A stretch of 64,000 nucleotides of DNA from an uncultured delta proteobacterium (GCA_963845145.1 CAWJQU010000008.1:224001-288000), one strand, 5' to 3'. Shown: positions 21,001-30,812, counted from the stretch's first letter. Made by a program: numbers and translations. Notes: generated by a model from the letters alone, not told the origin.

Positions 21001-21087
21001 GATGCCGCCGCCGACAACCATCACATCTATGAAATTACTTTCTTCGGAACTGGTAACAAGCAGTCCCTCAACCGTTTCTTTTTCCAA
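18010..21087 (-). CDS. bamE: HdrA-like electron-bifurcating flavo-iron-sulfur subunit with two FAD modules
   Basis: GGGISG, LDKTFPTNDCSMC, IQCVGSR..YCSGVCC, FVCHCG, NIREHCSWVH, and a second GGGLAG and QCVGCR module. Confidence 0.9.
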   Translation of the reverse strand: MEKETVEGLLVTSSEESNFIDVMVVGGGISGIQAALDLANTGFSVCLVDQAPAIGGKMAQLDKTFPTNDCSMCIESPKFIECSRHPNIAILTYTDVERVKGKAGDFKITLTKKPRYIIEDRCTGCGTCVEVCPVKIPDEYNQNLSLSKAVHIYFSQAVPLITYVDPDTCLYLQDEKCNICIGACQNRAIDLNQKEDTIQLEVGAIIMSPGFDVFDPKLRNDYGYGLMENVVTSLDFERILGSTGPYEGEILRPSDKKHPKKIAWIQCVGSRQVIEGGNSYCSGVCCAYTQKQVILAKDHDANIEAKIFHNDIRAFGKDFERFYQRAENLPGVAFVRSYVSVEKEDPETKNVTIRYSTADDGVKEEEFELVVLSVGLNPPKNVEKLADQFGIELNEHGFCESNPLNPIETTRPGIFVSGAFQGPIDIPESVMGASGADALCSQLLAYRRGDLAKDRVYPRERDVSQEEPRVGVFVCHCGANIGRVVDVPEVVAYAAGLENVVHAQESLFACSTDNAKQISDQIREKGLNRVVVAACTPRTHEPLFRDTCREGGINQYFYDMANIREHCSWVHSKEPEVATGKAKEIVRMSVARTALLEPLEEFELPVNKTALVVGGGLAGMTSAISMANQGFRVQLLEKNKELGGVARKIHTTLEGMDVQGFLKDTIKQVYQHPHIQVSHDATITNVMGYVGNFTTTVKSEGRVKDIEHGAAILATGAVEYTPTEYLYGENDNVLTQLELEERIAKHDEALIQSKNLVMIQCVGCRNEDRNYCARICCSHAIKNATNLKVLNPEMEIYILFRDMRTYGYREDYYREAADKGVLFIRWEPDGKPEVEATTEGGKSILRVTVPDPVLGQRLALDADVLTLSAAVIPSEESMEVARLFKVAVNPDGFFQEAHAKLRPVDFAAEGLFLCGIAHYPKHITETISQAYGAAGRAITILNKESVTASGAICEVDESACESCGACISVCNYGAIAFYETEKGKKAMVNPILCKGDGLCNTVCPARAISLKHFTDDEIFCQIDAS

Positions 21088-21120
21088 TTTTTTTTGTCCT
21101 TCTAATAATTCTACGGTTTT

Positions 21121-22272
21121 CTAAATCACGTCCTGAATGATCTCGGTGATATCTTTAACCTCTATGGCGTCGTCATACTCAAGGTTCAAGCGGCTTTCTT
21201 CAAAATTGGTGATGCAATAGGGACAGGAAGTTGCTAAAATCTGGGCACCAGTCGCCTTGGCCTGTTTTAATCGAATGTCGGAAAAACGTTCCTCCTGAGG
21301 CGTGTCCATCCAAATTCGTCCACCGCCACCGCCGCAACAGAGACTGTTTTTACCAAAGGCTTCCATCTCAACCAGATTCACTCCGGGTACCTTTTTCAGC
21401 AAGTTACGGGGTTCGTTATAAATCTCGTTGTGCCTGCCAAGGTAACAAGGGTCGTGATACGTGATTGTCTTTTCGAGTTCCCCTTTTAATTCAAGCCGGC
21501 CTTCATTAATCAGTTCCAGGATATACTGATTCATATGTAGAACTTCGAAATGGACCATGAATTCAGGATATTCGTTTTTAAACGTATGATAGCAATGCGG
21601 GGATGATACGATGATCTTCTTAACCCCGTTATCGATAAACGTCTTGATATTTTGTTTGGCGAGCGTCTTAAATACGTTCTCACTGCCCGTTTTTCGGATG
21701 CTCTCGCCACAACAGCTTTCCTTTTCACCCAGAATGCCGAATTGCACGCCGGCCTGGTTAAGGATATTGGCTGTCGCGATGGCCACTTTCTTCATGCGCG
21801 GGTCATATGCAAAGTAACACCCGACAAAATAGAGGGCCTCCATCCCTTCTTCATAGGGTTTTACCGGGAGCCCTTTGGCCCAATCGGCACGTTTTCCACG
21901 CTCTCCTTGAAGGGGATTACCTTCGGAGATGAGGCTTGCCCTGGCCGTTCGGGCCGACTTAACCGAGGCGGGGAACATTTCATAAGCCGAGGCGAGTTTG
22001 CGCAAGGCGACACTGATGTCTATCTGTTTGACACCCCTGGGGCATTGAGCCGGACAAGTCCCGCAAGTCGTACAGCGCCAGATATCTTCACCTTCCACTT
22101 CACTTAACCCAAAGGCGGCCTCACGAATAAGTTTTCGCATGCTAAAGTTTCTAACTTTATTCCACGGGCAAACGACATCACACAGCCCGCACTGAAAGCA
22201 TAGCTTAAAGATTTCACCACCGGCCTCTTTGATCTCATCAATGACTTCTATAAAGGGGGCGACTGTTTCCAC
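21121..22272 (-). CDS. bamD: HdrD/GlpC-like Fe-S oxidoreductase with CCG domains
   Basis: CFQCGLCDVVCP, CTTCGTCPAQCP, ESCCG, YHDPCYLGR and CCGGGGG motifs. Confidence 0.85.
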   Translation of the reverse strand: METVAPFIEVIDEIKEAGGEIFKLCFQCGLCDVVCPWNKVRNFSMRKLIREAAFGLSEVEGEDIWRCTTCGTCPAQCPRGVKQIDISVALRKLASAYEMFPASVKSARTARASLISEGNPLQGERGKRADWAKGLPVKPYEEGMEALYFVGCYFAYDPRMKKVAIATANILNQAGVQFGILGEKESCCGESIRKTGSENVFKTLAKQNIKTFIDNGVKKIIVSSPHCYHTFKNEYPEFMVHFEVLHMNQYILELINEGRLELKGELEKTITYHDPCYLGRHNEIYNEPRNLLKKVPGVNLVEMEAFGKNSLCCGGGGGRIWMDTPQEERFSDIRLKQAKATGAQILATSCPYCITNFEESRLNLEYDDAIEVKDITEIIQDVI

Positions 22273-22307
22273 TGTCTTTATTAATCCTTTTCTTTCAACT
22301 TAAGTGA

Positions 22308-22862
22308 TTAGCGCCTTGATAATCGAGAAAATATATCCGCGACTTTCTTTTTCCCGTGTTTCTTCACGAGTGACTCGTAGGCCGATTTCAACTCGACCTG
22401 ACTCACTGCTTCCTGCATTTCTTCCTTCTCCACGACCACTTCCTTTTCCGAATAGGTCAAGCAGCCACGTCCACACATCTGAACACACATCGGTTCCGTA
22501 AGTGGGGGCACATCTTCACACATATCGCATTTGAGAGGAAGGCCCGAATCGGGATCTTTGAAATAATCCCTCGATGGGCAGGAAGCCGGACAAAAAGCGC
22601 ATTCCGAATACTCCCTGCCGTCGATCACATAATGGTTCCGGCCGTTACATTCGGCTTGCACATAGCCGCCCGCTCGAATCGGCACCCATTGATCGTTTCT
22701 TTCATCAATGACCACCTTGATCCGGGCGCGAGCCGGATTAAAACTGCTGTATTTCGGTATGGCGTGAAATGCCGCACAGGCCTTCTCGCAGGCGCGACAT
22801 CCGTTGCATTTGCTTAAATCTACTTTTATTTCTTTGATTATTTTTTTTGCCGGTTTACTCAT
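22308..22862 (-). CDS. bamC: 4Fe-4S subunit of class II benzoyl-CoA reductase
   Basis: CNGCRACEKAC, YSECAFCPASCPSR and PDSGLPLKCDMC motifs; directly follows bamB. Confidence 0.85.
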   Translation of the reverse strand: MSKPAKKIIKEIKVDLSKCNGCRACEKACAAFHAIPKYSSFNPARARIKVVIDERNDQWVPIRAGGYVQAECNGRNHYVIDGREYSECAFCPASCPSRDYFKDPDSGLPLKCDMCEDVPPLTEPMCVQMCGRGCLTYSEKEVVVEKEEMQEAVSQVELKSAYESLVKKHGKKKVADIFSRLSRR

Positions 22863-22880
22863 TGCGTTTTCACCCCCGGA

Positions 22881-24908
22881 CTATTTATTTTTGAGGTTGT
22901 ACTCAGTTAGCGTAAAATTCTCAGCTTTACGAAAACTCACTTCTGCATCTTTTGGCCTTCCTTCTGAGTAACACGATTGATCCTTGTAGCAAATATCTTC
23001 ATCGCCTTTAAGGAATCCCCTCTTTATAAGTTCATCGGCAACATCATCCAATCCTAATTTATCCAATGTTAATTTAGTCGGAACGCCTTCGTTGGTCCAT
23101 CCTTTGAATGTGTAGTAATCGCCAAGAAGCTTCTTTTCATTTTCAGGCTCCCTGACCTTCCAATGATCTTCAGGTGGCTTCTCGTCGGCCCTTTTCAATC
23201 CCCGGCTAATATTGATGGCCCTGACAAGGTTCCGATTTCTTCTGGCTACTTGCCACAATTCATCGGCATCCATATCCATCCCGGTCACCAGATTGATAAA
23301 CGTTGGTATGTTGAAGATGTGATATGCAGATCCTCCACCGAATTGACCCCTAAATGATGAACAGAAGGCGCAAAGACCAAGGGCATCATCAACGTAGTGC
23401 ATGGTTTCGTTCCAATCACAAATGTTTATAGCCGCTTCCATTGATGGATGGGCGCGTGGCTCCCATTCCATGAAAAATTTTTTAAACCGTTCAGGCGCCG
23501 ATGTCCATACATCGACAAACTCCTGTCTCTCTGGAAGTTCTTTAATCGGATCCTGCGGATAAGAGCCCTCGGCCTGATTAATCGCCATCTTATCGCTGGT
23601 GCAATACATGAGATAATATGGATAATTCACTTTTCCCAGCTTGAGAGGTATCTGCTCGAATTTTTTTATTGTGTTATGATCATATTCTTCGGCACCATTT
23701 CCGATCTGACGGGCTGCCTTATAAACGCCATTGGCCAGGACATCCCCGATCCCTTCCCTGCGGACAAGCTTTTCAAGAAGATAGTAAAACCTGTCGGCAG
23801 ATTTTTCCGGAAAATCAGGCAGGTCCTTGTCGGTTAAAATGCCTGCTTCGTAAAGTTCGATGGCGAAAGCGATGGTTTGCGGTGCGGCGTAGCTATCTAC
23901 ACCGTACTCCTGGCTTAAGGCCATTATGTCGAAGGTAAAAGGAAGCTCTTCAAAAGCCGCCATATGCCAGGTGCCTTTTCCGAAGCATTTTAACATGTAC
24001 CTTTGCCGTCCAGGGGGCTTGACCACGAGATGGCAGTTTTTAGGGCAATTGTAGCAACCTTGTAACCGGTCGCGGATTTTGAGCGTGTATTCCTTCCACC
24101 TGTCTTCTAGCTCCTGGCTCCAGTAACCTTTTCTCCGTGTGCGTGCATTGCCCCAGGCAAAGTTGTCATGGTGGAAAGCATCATTCCACTCGATGGCCAT
24201 GAGGTCCCCGTTAAATGGACTTTCATTGATATCCTGGTAGTGTTGGAGACATAATTTGAACAGCTCTTCAGGGTTGGAAACCTGAAAATCCTTTGTGCCG
24301 CGCACGGCGATCGCCTTCAGCCTTTTATCCCCCATAATCACCCCGACACCACGAGCTGCAGCGGCGTTAAAGTGTTCTATGGAAGCCATAAAAAGCCTGT
24401 TTTCGCCGGCAAGACCGATTGCGGCCACTTGGATATCAGGATCATTTAGCTCATCTTTAATAGCATGTGCGGTTTCCTGTGCACCCTTCCCCTTGAGGTG
24501 AGCGGCGTCCCGTAATTCCACTTTGTCATTGTGTACCCACAAATAAACAAAATCCTGAGCTTTACCTCGAAGGACGATCTTATCGTAGCCGGCATGTTTG
24601 AGTTCCGGCCCGAAATAGCCGCCAAAAATCGAATTAGAAAACATGTTCGTCTGGGGAGAAATGGTATCGACCATCGTGCGGTTGCCGGCAGGTATAGGCG
24701 TGCCGTCAAAAAGGCCTGCGCTGAATATGAGCAAATTATCAGGAGAAAAGGCATCGGTCTCCGGACTCACTCTATCCCATATCATCCTTGCGGCAGTGCC
24801 ATTACCACCCAGGTGAAGCCTGGTTAATTCGGGATCTGTTTCTACCCGTTCAATATTGCCCACAGTCAAATCGACTTCCAAATTAATGCCTGTCTCTCCA
24901 TATCTCAT
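22881..24908 (-). CDS. bamB: Tungstopterin AOR-family catalytic subunit of class II benzoyl(aryl)-CoA reductase
   Basis: MRYGETGINLEVDLT N-terminus, ELKHAGYD, MGDKRLKAIAVRG, NFAWGNAR and LKCF motifs; bamCDEFGHI synteny. Confidence 0.85.
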   Translation of the reverse strand: MRYGETGINLEVDLTVGNIERVETDPELTRLHLGGNGTAARMIWDRVSPETDAFSPDNLLIFSAGLFDGTPIPAGNRTMVDTISPQTNMFSNSIFGGYFGPELKHAGYDKIVLRGKAQDFVYLWVHNDKVELRDAAHLKGKGAQETAHAIKDELNDPDIQVAAIGLAGENRLFMASIEHFNAAAARGVGVIMGDKRLKAIAVRGTKDFQVSNPEELFKLCLQHYQDINESPFNGDLMAIEWNDAFHHDNFAWGNARTRRKGYWSQELEDRWKEYTLKIRDRLQGCYNCPKNCHLVVKPPGRQRYMLKCFGKGTWHMAAFEELPFTFDIMALSQEYGVDSYAAPQTIAFAIELYEAGILTDKDLPDFPEKSADRFYYLLEKLVRREGIGDVLANGVYKAARQIGNGAEEYDHNTIKKFEQIPLKLGKVNYPYYLMYCTSDKMAINQAEGSYPQDPIKELPERQEFVDVWTSAPERFKKFFMEWEPRAHPSMEAAINICDWNETMHYVDDALGLCAFCSSFRGQFGGGSAYHIFNIPTFINLVTGMDMDADELWQVARRNRNLVRAINISRGLKRADEKPPEDHWKVREPENEKKLLGDYYTFKGWTNEGVPTKLTLDKLGLDDVADELIKRGFLKGDEDICYKDQSCYSEGRPKDAEVSFRKAENFTLTEYNLKNK

Positions 24909-25555
24909 AACATACCTCTCACATTGCTTTCGGATGCAAGGCCGCCGACCTCATCTGCACTTGCAAGGCTTGGGGATGGATGGCACCTGAAACCATCCAT
25001 CATCATATTAAAAATCTCTTCCAGATTATCGAAAAGAGGATACGCCCGGTCGTTAAGCAGCCAACGGGTCACCAGATGGTCGGTGGTACCAACAAAGACA
25101 TCCCTGGCCAGGTTTGGCAGCAAGTCGGCCTTGAATTCCCCTGATGCCCGTCCTTCTTCAAAAATATCAACAACCTGCGAATAAAAAAGCTTGACGTTGG
25201 AATACACTTCGTTTGCCAGAAAATTGGAATTTGTTTTTAGGTGGAGATATACGATTTTGGCATCCAAGGGAGAATTTTCCACCCGCCGAAAATACCACCA
25301 GAGAAATTTACGCAGTTTATTAACGGCACCTTTAATACCGAACAACTGTTCATCAAGATCCTCAAGAAGTTCACGTATCCAAAGGTCCGGAATAGCAATT
25401 AAAAGATCCTCTTTACCCCGAAAATACTCATACAAGGCGGCATCGGATAAACCAGCCCGTTTGGAAATATCCATAATGGTGGTTTTTTGATACCCCTGAT
25501 CCGCAAAAAGCTGTTTGGCGGATTCAATAATTCGTTCTTTGGTATTACCCTTCAA
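24905..25555 (-). CDS. TetR/AcrR-family transcriptional regulator
   Basis: TKERIIESAKQLFADQGYQKTTIMDISKRAGLSDAALYEYFRGKEDLL HTH; 4-nt overlap with the bamB start. Confidence 0.9.
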   Translation of the reverse strand: MKGNTKERIIESAKQLFADQGYQKTTIMDISKRAGLSDAALYEYFRGKEDLLIAIPDLWIRELLEDLDEQLFGIKGAVNKLRKFLWWYFRRVENSPLDAKIVYLHLKTNSNFLANEVYSNVKLFYSQVVDIFEEGRASGEFKADLLPNLARDVFVGTTDHLVTRWLLNDRAYPLFDNLEEIFNMMMDGFRCHPSPSLASADEVGGLASESNVRGML

Positions 25556-25767
25556 ATCGACCCTTTTGGATGTGCGGCGATGGCATCACGCATCGCGACA
25601 TTTTTCGCGACATTTCGAAAATGAGCATGCTGGACGATGTTTCCCGGTTGGCCCATACGGTCCCACCATACGGTCCCATTAGGTAATACTTGTCTATGGC
25701 TACTTGGAAACATTATATCCTGTAATTGATGGAAAAAATGATTTATAAATAATTCGGAAGATATCCA

Positions 25768-25798
25768 ACCTAATAACATTAGGTATTCACCCGGTCAA
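25768..25798 (-). promoter_or_regulatory. Sigma70-type promoter (TTGACC-17-TATTAG) overlapped by a perfect palindrome ACCTAAT-aac-ATTAGGT, candidate TetR operator
   Basis: Palindrome at 25768-25784; -35 at 25793-25798 on the minus strand. Confidence 0.55.
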
Positions 25799-26172
25799 GA
25801 AAAATAATTGCGTGCACATTCGGTAAGACAAACGATGTTTCGGACCTTCTTTTGCTTATTAAAAATATCTGTTTAGCTAAAATTTTCCAGCCAACTAATG
25901 ACACTAAAAAACAATTAGTCTACATGTGGTATATTTTAAGAAGAGTATAATACAAAATATTGTATTGCATCCACTACAAATGCCATCGTCAGGCGTTTTT
26001 CTTAGAATGATTCGAATATCGTTTAGAGAAATTGTCATCAAGGGGCCCCTCCCACCGCTTGGGATTAAAAAGGGGCCAGGATTTCACGAGATATAAAATG
26101 CGGTACCCTGAACTGATAGGGGTTGATAGAACCTTGCGCACCTCATCCAGTATCGACAAATGAAAAGGCCGT

Positions 26173-27459
26173 TTAACCCTTAAAAAGATACAGACAGGCC
26201 AGTACCGCAAAGATGATCCCGGCCAGGTCGGCGGTCAGGGCTGCGGCCATGGCGTGGCGAATGCGCCGGATCCGCACCGCACCGAAATAGACGGCCAGCA
26301 CATAAAAGGTTGTTTCAGTGGACCCCTGGAAGGTAGAGACCAAATAACCGGTGTAGCTATCCGGGCCGATCGCTGGATCGTTTATAATTGAGCCCATAAT
26401 ACCGTAGGCCCCCGAGCCGGAGAGCGGTCGCATCAACGCCATGGGCAAGGCTTCCGCCGGAAGACCGACTTTGCCGGTGATATGCCCCAATACGCCCACA
26501 AAAAGATCCAGAGCGCCGCTGGCGCGAAACATTCCCACAGCGACTAGAATAACCACCATGTAGGGAATGATTCGCAAAGCCACTTGAAAGCCTTCCTTGC
26601 CCCCTTCCACCATGACTTCATAAATGGGCACTTTTCGCACCACGCCGAAACCTAAAAAAGCCACCATAAGGCCGGGGATGATCCAGGGTGAAATCGTCTG
26701 GCCGAAAAGGATGGCCGTCGGCACCATGGCCAGCAGCGCTGCCAGGGATAAGATGCTTATCCACAGGGGGTAGGCTTTATCGTCATCCAGTGCTTCACCG
26801 GACTTACCTTTTACCTTTGGGGTATCTCGTTCAATTCCCTCAACAGGTCCGACGGGTGCCCAACGACTGTATAGCTTTGCGGCAAGAATGGCGATTGTTG
26901 TAGAACCGATAGTCGCAAACAAAGTCGTGGGTAAGATGGCGGCCGGATCAGCCGAACCTGCGGCCGCACGCAAGGCGATCACGCCGGTGGGCAATAGGGT
27001 TACAGAGGAGGTATTGATGGCCAGGAAAAGGGCCATGGCGTTGGTGGCAGTACCGGGGTGAGGATTAAGCTTGTCCAATTCCTGCATAGCCCGGATGCCA
27101 AAGGGTGTGGCCGCATTGCCTAACCCCATGGCGTTGGCCGACATGTTGAGAATCATAGCCCCCATGGCCGGATGGCTGGGCGGTATTTCCGGAAAAAGGC
27201 GCACCATAAGCGGCCGGATCAGACGCGCTAGAATTTTTAACATCCCTCCCGCCTCAGCCACCTTCATCAACCCTAAAAAAAGGGTCATAACGCCCACCAA
27301 ACCAATCGCCAGCTCAACGGCACCGCCGGCCGATTCGATCATGGCTTTGGAAAGCAACGCCATGGGGCTATCCACGTCCTGTATCGGCATCCACATGATC
27401 TGACGCCAGGCAGCGAAAAGAAAGGCGGTGCCCACTATGGCGATGAGGATAATATTCAT
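26173..27459 (-). CDS. Fused SpmA/SpmB (nucleoside recognition Gate domain) membrane protein
   Basis: ANAMGLGNAATPFGIRAMQEL, RPLSGSG and GSTETTFYVLAVYFG motifs. Confidence 0.9.
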   Translation of the reverse strand: MNIILIAIVGTAFLFAAWRQIMWMPIQDVDSPMALLSKAMIESAGGAVELAIGLVGVMTLFLGLMKVAEAGGMLKILARLIRPLMVRLFPEIPPSHPAMGAMILNMSANAMGLGNAATPFGIRAMQELDKLNPHPGTATNAMALFLAINTSSVTLLPTGVIALRAAAGSADPAAILPTTLFATIGSTTIAILAAKLYSRWAPVGPVEGIERDTPKVKGKSGEALDDDKAYPLWISILSLAALLAMVPTAILFGQTISPWIIPGLMVAFLGFGVVRKVPIYEVMVEGGKEGFQVALRIIPYMVVILVAVGMFRASGALDLFVGVLGHITGKVGLPAEALPMALMRPLSGSGAYGIMGSIINDPAIGPDSYTGYLVSTFQGSTETTFYVLAVYFGAVRIRRIRHAMAAALTADLAGIIFAVLACLYLFKG

Positions 27460-27638
27460 AGCGCCGACTATAACACAGATTTTAAAAGGGGTGGATGGTG
27501 TTGTTCGACAACGTTCCTATCGACTTATGGCCGACTAATGTAAACATGTCCTAATATGAGGACAACCTCTACACGAGTCTGGTTTATGGCCCCACCAAAA
27601 ATAAAGCCGAATGATGCGGCTGGGAACGCAAAAATGTG

Positions 27639-27674
27639 AAGCGCTTGTAGACCGGTACCGATCGACAAGCGCTT
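27639..27674 (-). terminator. Hairpin downstream of the ferritin-like gene
   Basis: Perfect 10-bp IR AAGCGCTTGT/ACAAGCGCTT, followed on the minus strand by CACATTTTT. Confidence 0.45.
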
Positions 27675-27687
27675 AATATCGTTTTAC

Positions 27688-28161
27688 CTATTTTTTTGCT
27701 TTGGCCAGGTGGGCGCTTAGCATTCGGATGTGGTCCATCTCTTCTTTGATGATCTTTTCCATACGCGCTTTGCCCTTGTCGCCAGGGACGACTTCTTTCA
27801 TCCCCAAGAAAAATACAATGGCATCTTTTTCGGCCTGGATGGCCGTTTTTAATATTTCCCGAATAGAGCTGACATTGATGACTTTATCCGCGAATACCTT
27901 GTTATCGACCAAGGCACGCAAGTACATCACGGAATCATCCTGCGGGTCAAAAACAGTGGTGATTTTCTCACCAGCCGATAATTCCGCGCGCATAGCGGCA
28001 AAGGTTTTTTCGTGCTCGTCTTCCATCTCCGCCAGCATTTTCAGCAGTTTCTTGTTTTCTTCGTCGTCGACTTTTTCCATGGCGGATCGGTAAAATTTTC
28101 CGCCGTTTTTCTCCAGTTGTTCGGCCATTTCAAAAACGTCATCAGCAGTGAAGTCGTACAT
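27688..28161 (-). CDS. Rubrerythrin/ferritin-like diiron protein
   Basis: AEQLEKNG..FY, LAEMEDEH, AIQAEKDA and IIKEEMDH motifs. Confidence 0.9.
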   Translation of the reverse strand: MYDFTADDVFEMAEQLEKNGGKFYRSAMEKVDDEENKKLLKMLAEMEDEHEKTFAAMRAELSAGEKITTVFDPQDDSVMYLRALVDNKVFADKVINVSSIREILKTAIQAEKDAIVFFLGMKEVVPGDKGKARMEKIIKEEMDHIRMLSAHLAKAKK

Positions 28162-28341
28162 TTTATTATCCTTTCCAATCTAAAATCGATTTAATTAAGT
28201 AGCCTCATCATAATATTTGAATTAACGCTTGTAAAGAGAGGGCCCGTTGGGATTAATCAAAGGGGAAAGCTTGGTTTATGAATCGCAGCTATGCGGGAAT
28301 TAATTGCGGAGATATGTAAGACCCTGTGAATATAGGGATTT

Positions 28342-29517
28342 TCACAATCCCGGCAGGCCCAAATAGGCAACGTCGTCACGGCCTAACAACCCCAGGCGGT
28401 ACTTCAGTGTCTCCAAAAACAACGCTGCGTGCATTTCAGGAGGGGTGAGGTCTGAGACATACCCGTTTCCCTTGGCCGCTTGGGTTACCCACTTGTGGGG
28501 ACTTTTTTTATTCATCCGCAAACGTTTTTCCAAATGTTTCAGATACTGAGTCATTTTAGCTTGCAGTTCCTGATCGGAAAATCGCTTAATTTTATTTGAG
28601 ATCTCAGCCAATTGCATGGGGGCTGGCAGACGAGGGGACTCCATGACCCGTTTTACATCACGCGCAAAGCGTTCAAACCCCGATTGGATATGCTTTGATT
28701 TCACCATATTCATACCAAGCCATCCGGCACGCAACCACTTGAATAAATAGCATTTGGTCAGGGAAGGATTTTCATTCGATCCATAATAAATGACCAGCGA
28801 AAACGTATCATAAATATGTGAATCGACCCATCCTATGCCGGCTTTAGTCAACCCTTTCTCCCCGGAAAAAAAATAATCCCACTGTTCATCCGTACCTAAA
28901 ATCAACCCCTTTTTGCCGACTTCAGACACATCCTTTTGTCGGGCTAAAGATATCACAATCTTGTGACCGTTACGGGAAAACAGGATCAGGGTGCGATCCA
29001 GTAAAGAACGATAATAGGCGCCGGTGGTCACATCCGGGGTTATCTCTTCATTCTCGATACCTCTTACGACAATCGGCTCTACCAATGTATCCAGTTTTTT
29101 CCACATCGGGGGTAAGGGTTTATAATCCCCATTTGCATCGACCCAATAGCTCATTCGGACCGACCCGGGTGATATCATTTGCAAAGGAATATCCGGATGG
29201 TAGGCGAGCTGCAGGATATCTTTAAGGTTTCTTTGAATCTCAAATTGGTGGTAGGCGGCAGCCGCCTTCATGCGTGGGGGTAACTGGACCTTTACATCTC
29301 CCGATTTTGACGAATGGACAAAATCGATCAAGTCGTCAAGACGTGAAACATCAATGTTATTCGAAGATGTTGGTTTGACAAAATCGATTAAATAGTCGAT
29401 CCCCGCAACGACCCCCTGTGGTGTGGGGTTACCGGAATCGTCTTCAAGCGCCCACGCAAGTGCCCAGAAAGGGATAGAAAGGGACAGCACGACGATTAGA
29501 ATGAATAAGCGGACCAT
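28342..29517 (-). CDS. Exported hypothetical protein
   Basis: Long ORF with a signal-peptide-like start MVRLFILIVVLSLSIPFWALA; no family recognised. Confidence 0.7.
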   Translation of the reverse strand: MVRLFILIVVLSLSIPFWALAWALEDDSGNPTPQGVVAGIDYLIDFVKPTSSNNIDVSRLDDLIDFVHSSKSGDVKVQLPPRMKAAAAYHQFEIQRNLKDILQLAYHPDIPLQMISPGSVRMSYWVDANGDYKPLPPMWKKLDTLVEPIVVRGIENEEITPDVTTGAYYRSLLDRTLILFSRNGHKIVISLARQKDVSEVGKKGLILGTDEQWDYFFSGEKGLTKAGIGWVDSHIYDTFSLVIYYGSNENPSLTKCYLFKWLRAGWLGMNMVKSKHIQSGFERFARDVKRVMESPRLPAPMQLAEISNKIKRFSDQELQAKMTQYLKHLEKRLRMNKKSPHKWVTQAAKGNGYVSDLTPPEMHAALFLETLKYRLGLLGRDDVAYLGLPGL

Positions 29518-29582
29518 TGTTTTACATTTTCTCTTCTGTTTTTGCGTGTAACCAAGCTGTGATAGTAGCTCATTTCCGGCTA

Positions 29583-30539
29583 TCAAGCAGCGATATCGTT
29601 GGCAATCGGTCGCCAAATATCCTGGTGGTACCAAAGTCTCGAAAATGGACGCCCTAGCGGCAACGTATTATTGAGTAACAAATCGGGGTTAATACGAATA
29701 CACTCTTCTTTATAGAGTGGGTCCCATGGTTCCACAATGACAGCGCCCTCCTTTAGAGGAATCAATCGGGGCATAATCGGCGTTCCCCAGTCTCGATTCG
29801 CGATTTCTGATTCAAGTTGATCCATCGTCTCAAAGGCCAACAGGTCATGCAGGGTAACCAGAGTCGGTGGACTTAAGGGGATGGTACCATCGAGGTTTCC
29901 AGCCAGCCCGGCCTTAGGCGTCACCCAAATACCATGGGTCGTTTCGCCATTATCCGGAGAGCATACCTGCCCCTCCGGCATCGCGGCAATAAAAAAACGG
30001 GTATCAAAGCGCCGTTTCATCTGTTGGGGGGTCACCCAATGAGACCAACAGGAAAGCTTCGAAACGGATACCGCACGATCATTCGCAACGGCGCTTTCCC
30101 TAAGCCAATGGGTCGACAATGGCCCTTCCATGCGAACGGATTCGAGATGATCTCGCATCGGGTCGAACCGTTGTGCGGCATCCATTAATAGCACACCCGC
30201 CTCTTCAAATGTTTCACGGATACCCGCCAGGCAATAGGGTAAAATTTCTTGGGCCGAAAGGGCATGACCCAATTGACGCGATATTTGGCCGGCATCTATG
30301 TCGATATACGGCCACCATGCATTGATATCCATATCACCAGGGTCAACCATTCCTCCCGGAAATACATATTTACCAGCCATGAACCCGCTTTTGATACTGC
30401 GTTGAAGCAGATAAACCTGCATCCGGTCATCTCTCTGGCGAACGAGAACCACGGTTGCAGAAGGAACAGGAATAGGTGGTAAAGTTGAAGGGGACGACTG
30501 AAAGGGTTTTTTCATAGGCACTTTAGGTACCATACTCAT
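29583..30539 (-). CDS. NUDIX hydrolase (Nudt19/CoA-diphosphatase-like)
   Basis: SATVVLVR, YVFPGG, IRETFEEAG, HWVTP..RRFDTRFF and PPT motifs. Confidence 0.85.
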   Translation of the reverse strand: MSMVPKVPMKKPFQSSPSTLPPIPVPSATVVLVRQRDDRMQVYLLQRSIKSGFMAGKYVFPGGMVDPGDMDINAWWPYIDIDAGQISRQLGHALSAQEILPYCLAGIRETFEEAGVLLMDAAQRFDPMRDHLESVRMEGPLSTHWLRESAVANDRAVSVSKLSCWSHWVTPQQMKRRFDTRFFIAAMPEGQVCSPDNGETTHGIWVTPKAGLAGNLDGTIPLSPPTLVTLHDLLAFETMDQLESEIANRDWGTPIMPRLIPLKEGAVIVEPWDPLYKEECIRINPDLLLNNTLPLGRPFSRLWYHQDIWRPIANDIAA

Positions 30540-30796
30540 GTAATTGCCTCAAGATGAGACGGTAGGCCTAATGTAAATTGGTACTAAAGAGTATGAAGAG
30601 ATTTTTAAAGGGCTTCTCAAAATGCCGTTATTAATCTCCGGTGCAAACCTCTTTTTCAAAATTTGGTATTATAATTTGTTTTAAGCTAGTTCCGGCAGAA
30701 AAAGATGCACGCACACCTGAGAAGCCGTTTAAAAATCAATTATTTTATATTTGAAAGAGCCTGTTTTCAATTATCTTTCCTTCATATATTTTTAAT

Positions 30797-30812
30797 ACAA
30801 TATCTATGCCAA
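30797..30812 (-). promoter_or_regulatory. Possible sigma54 promoter upstream of the NUDIX gene
   Basis: The minus strand reads TTGGCATAGATATTGT (GG-N10-GT, one mismatch at -12). Confidence 0.4.

Noticed and set aside
18010..22272. Methanogen-type heterodisulfide reductase or Flx-Hdr
   Set aside because: The genes are embedded in a bamB-led operon, so the bamD/bamE assignment fits better.
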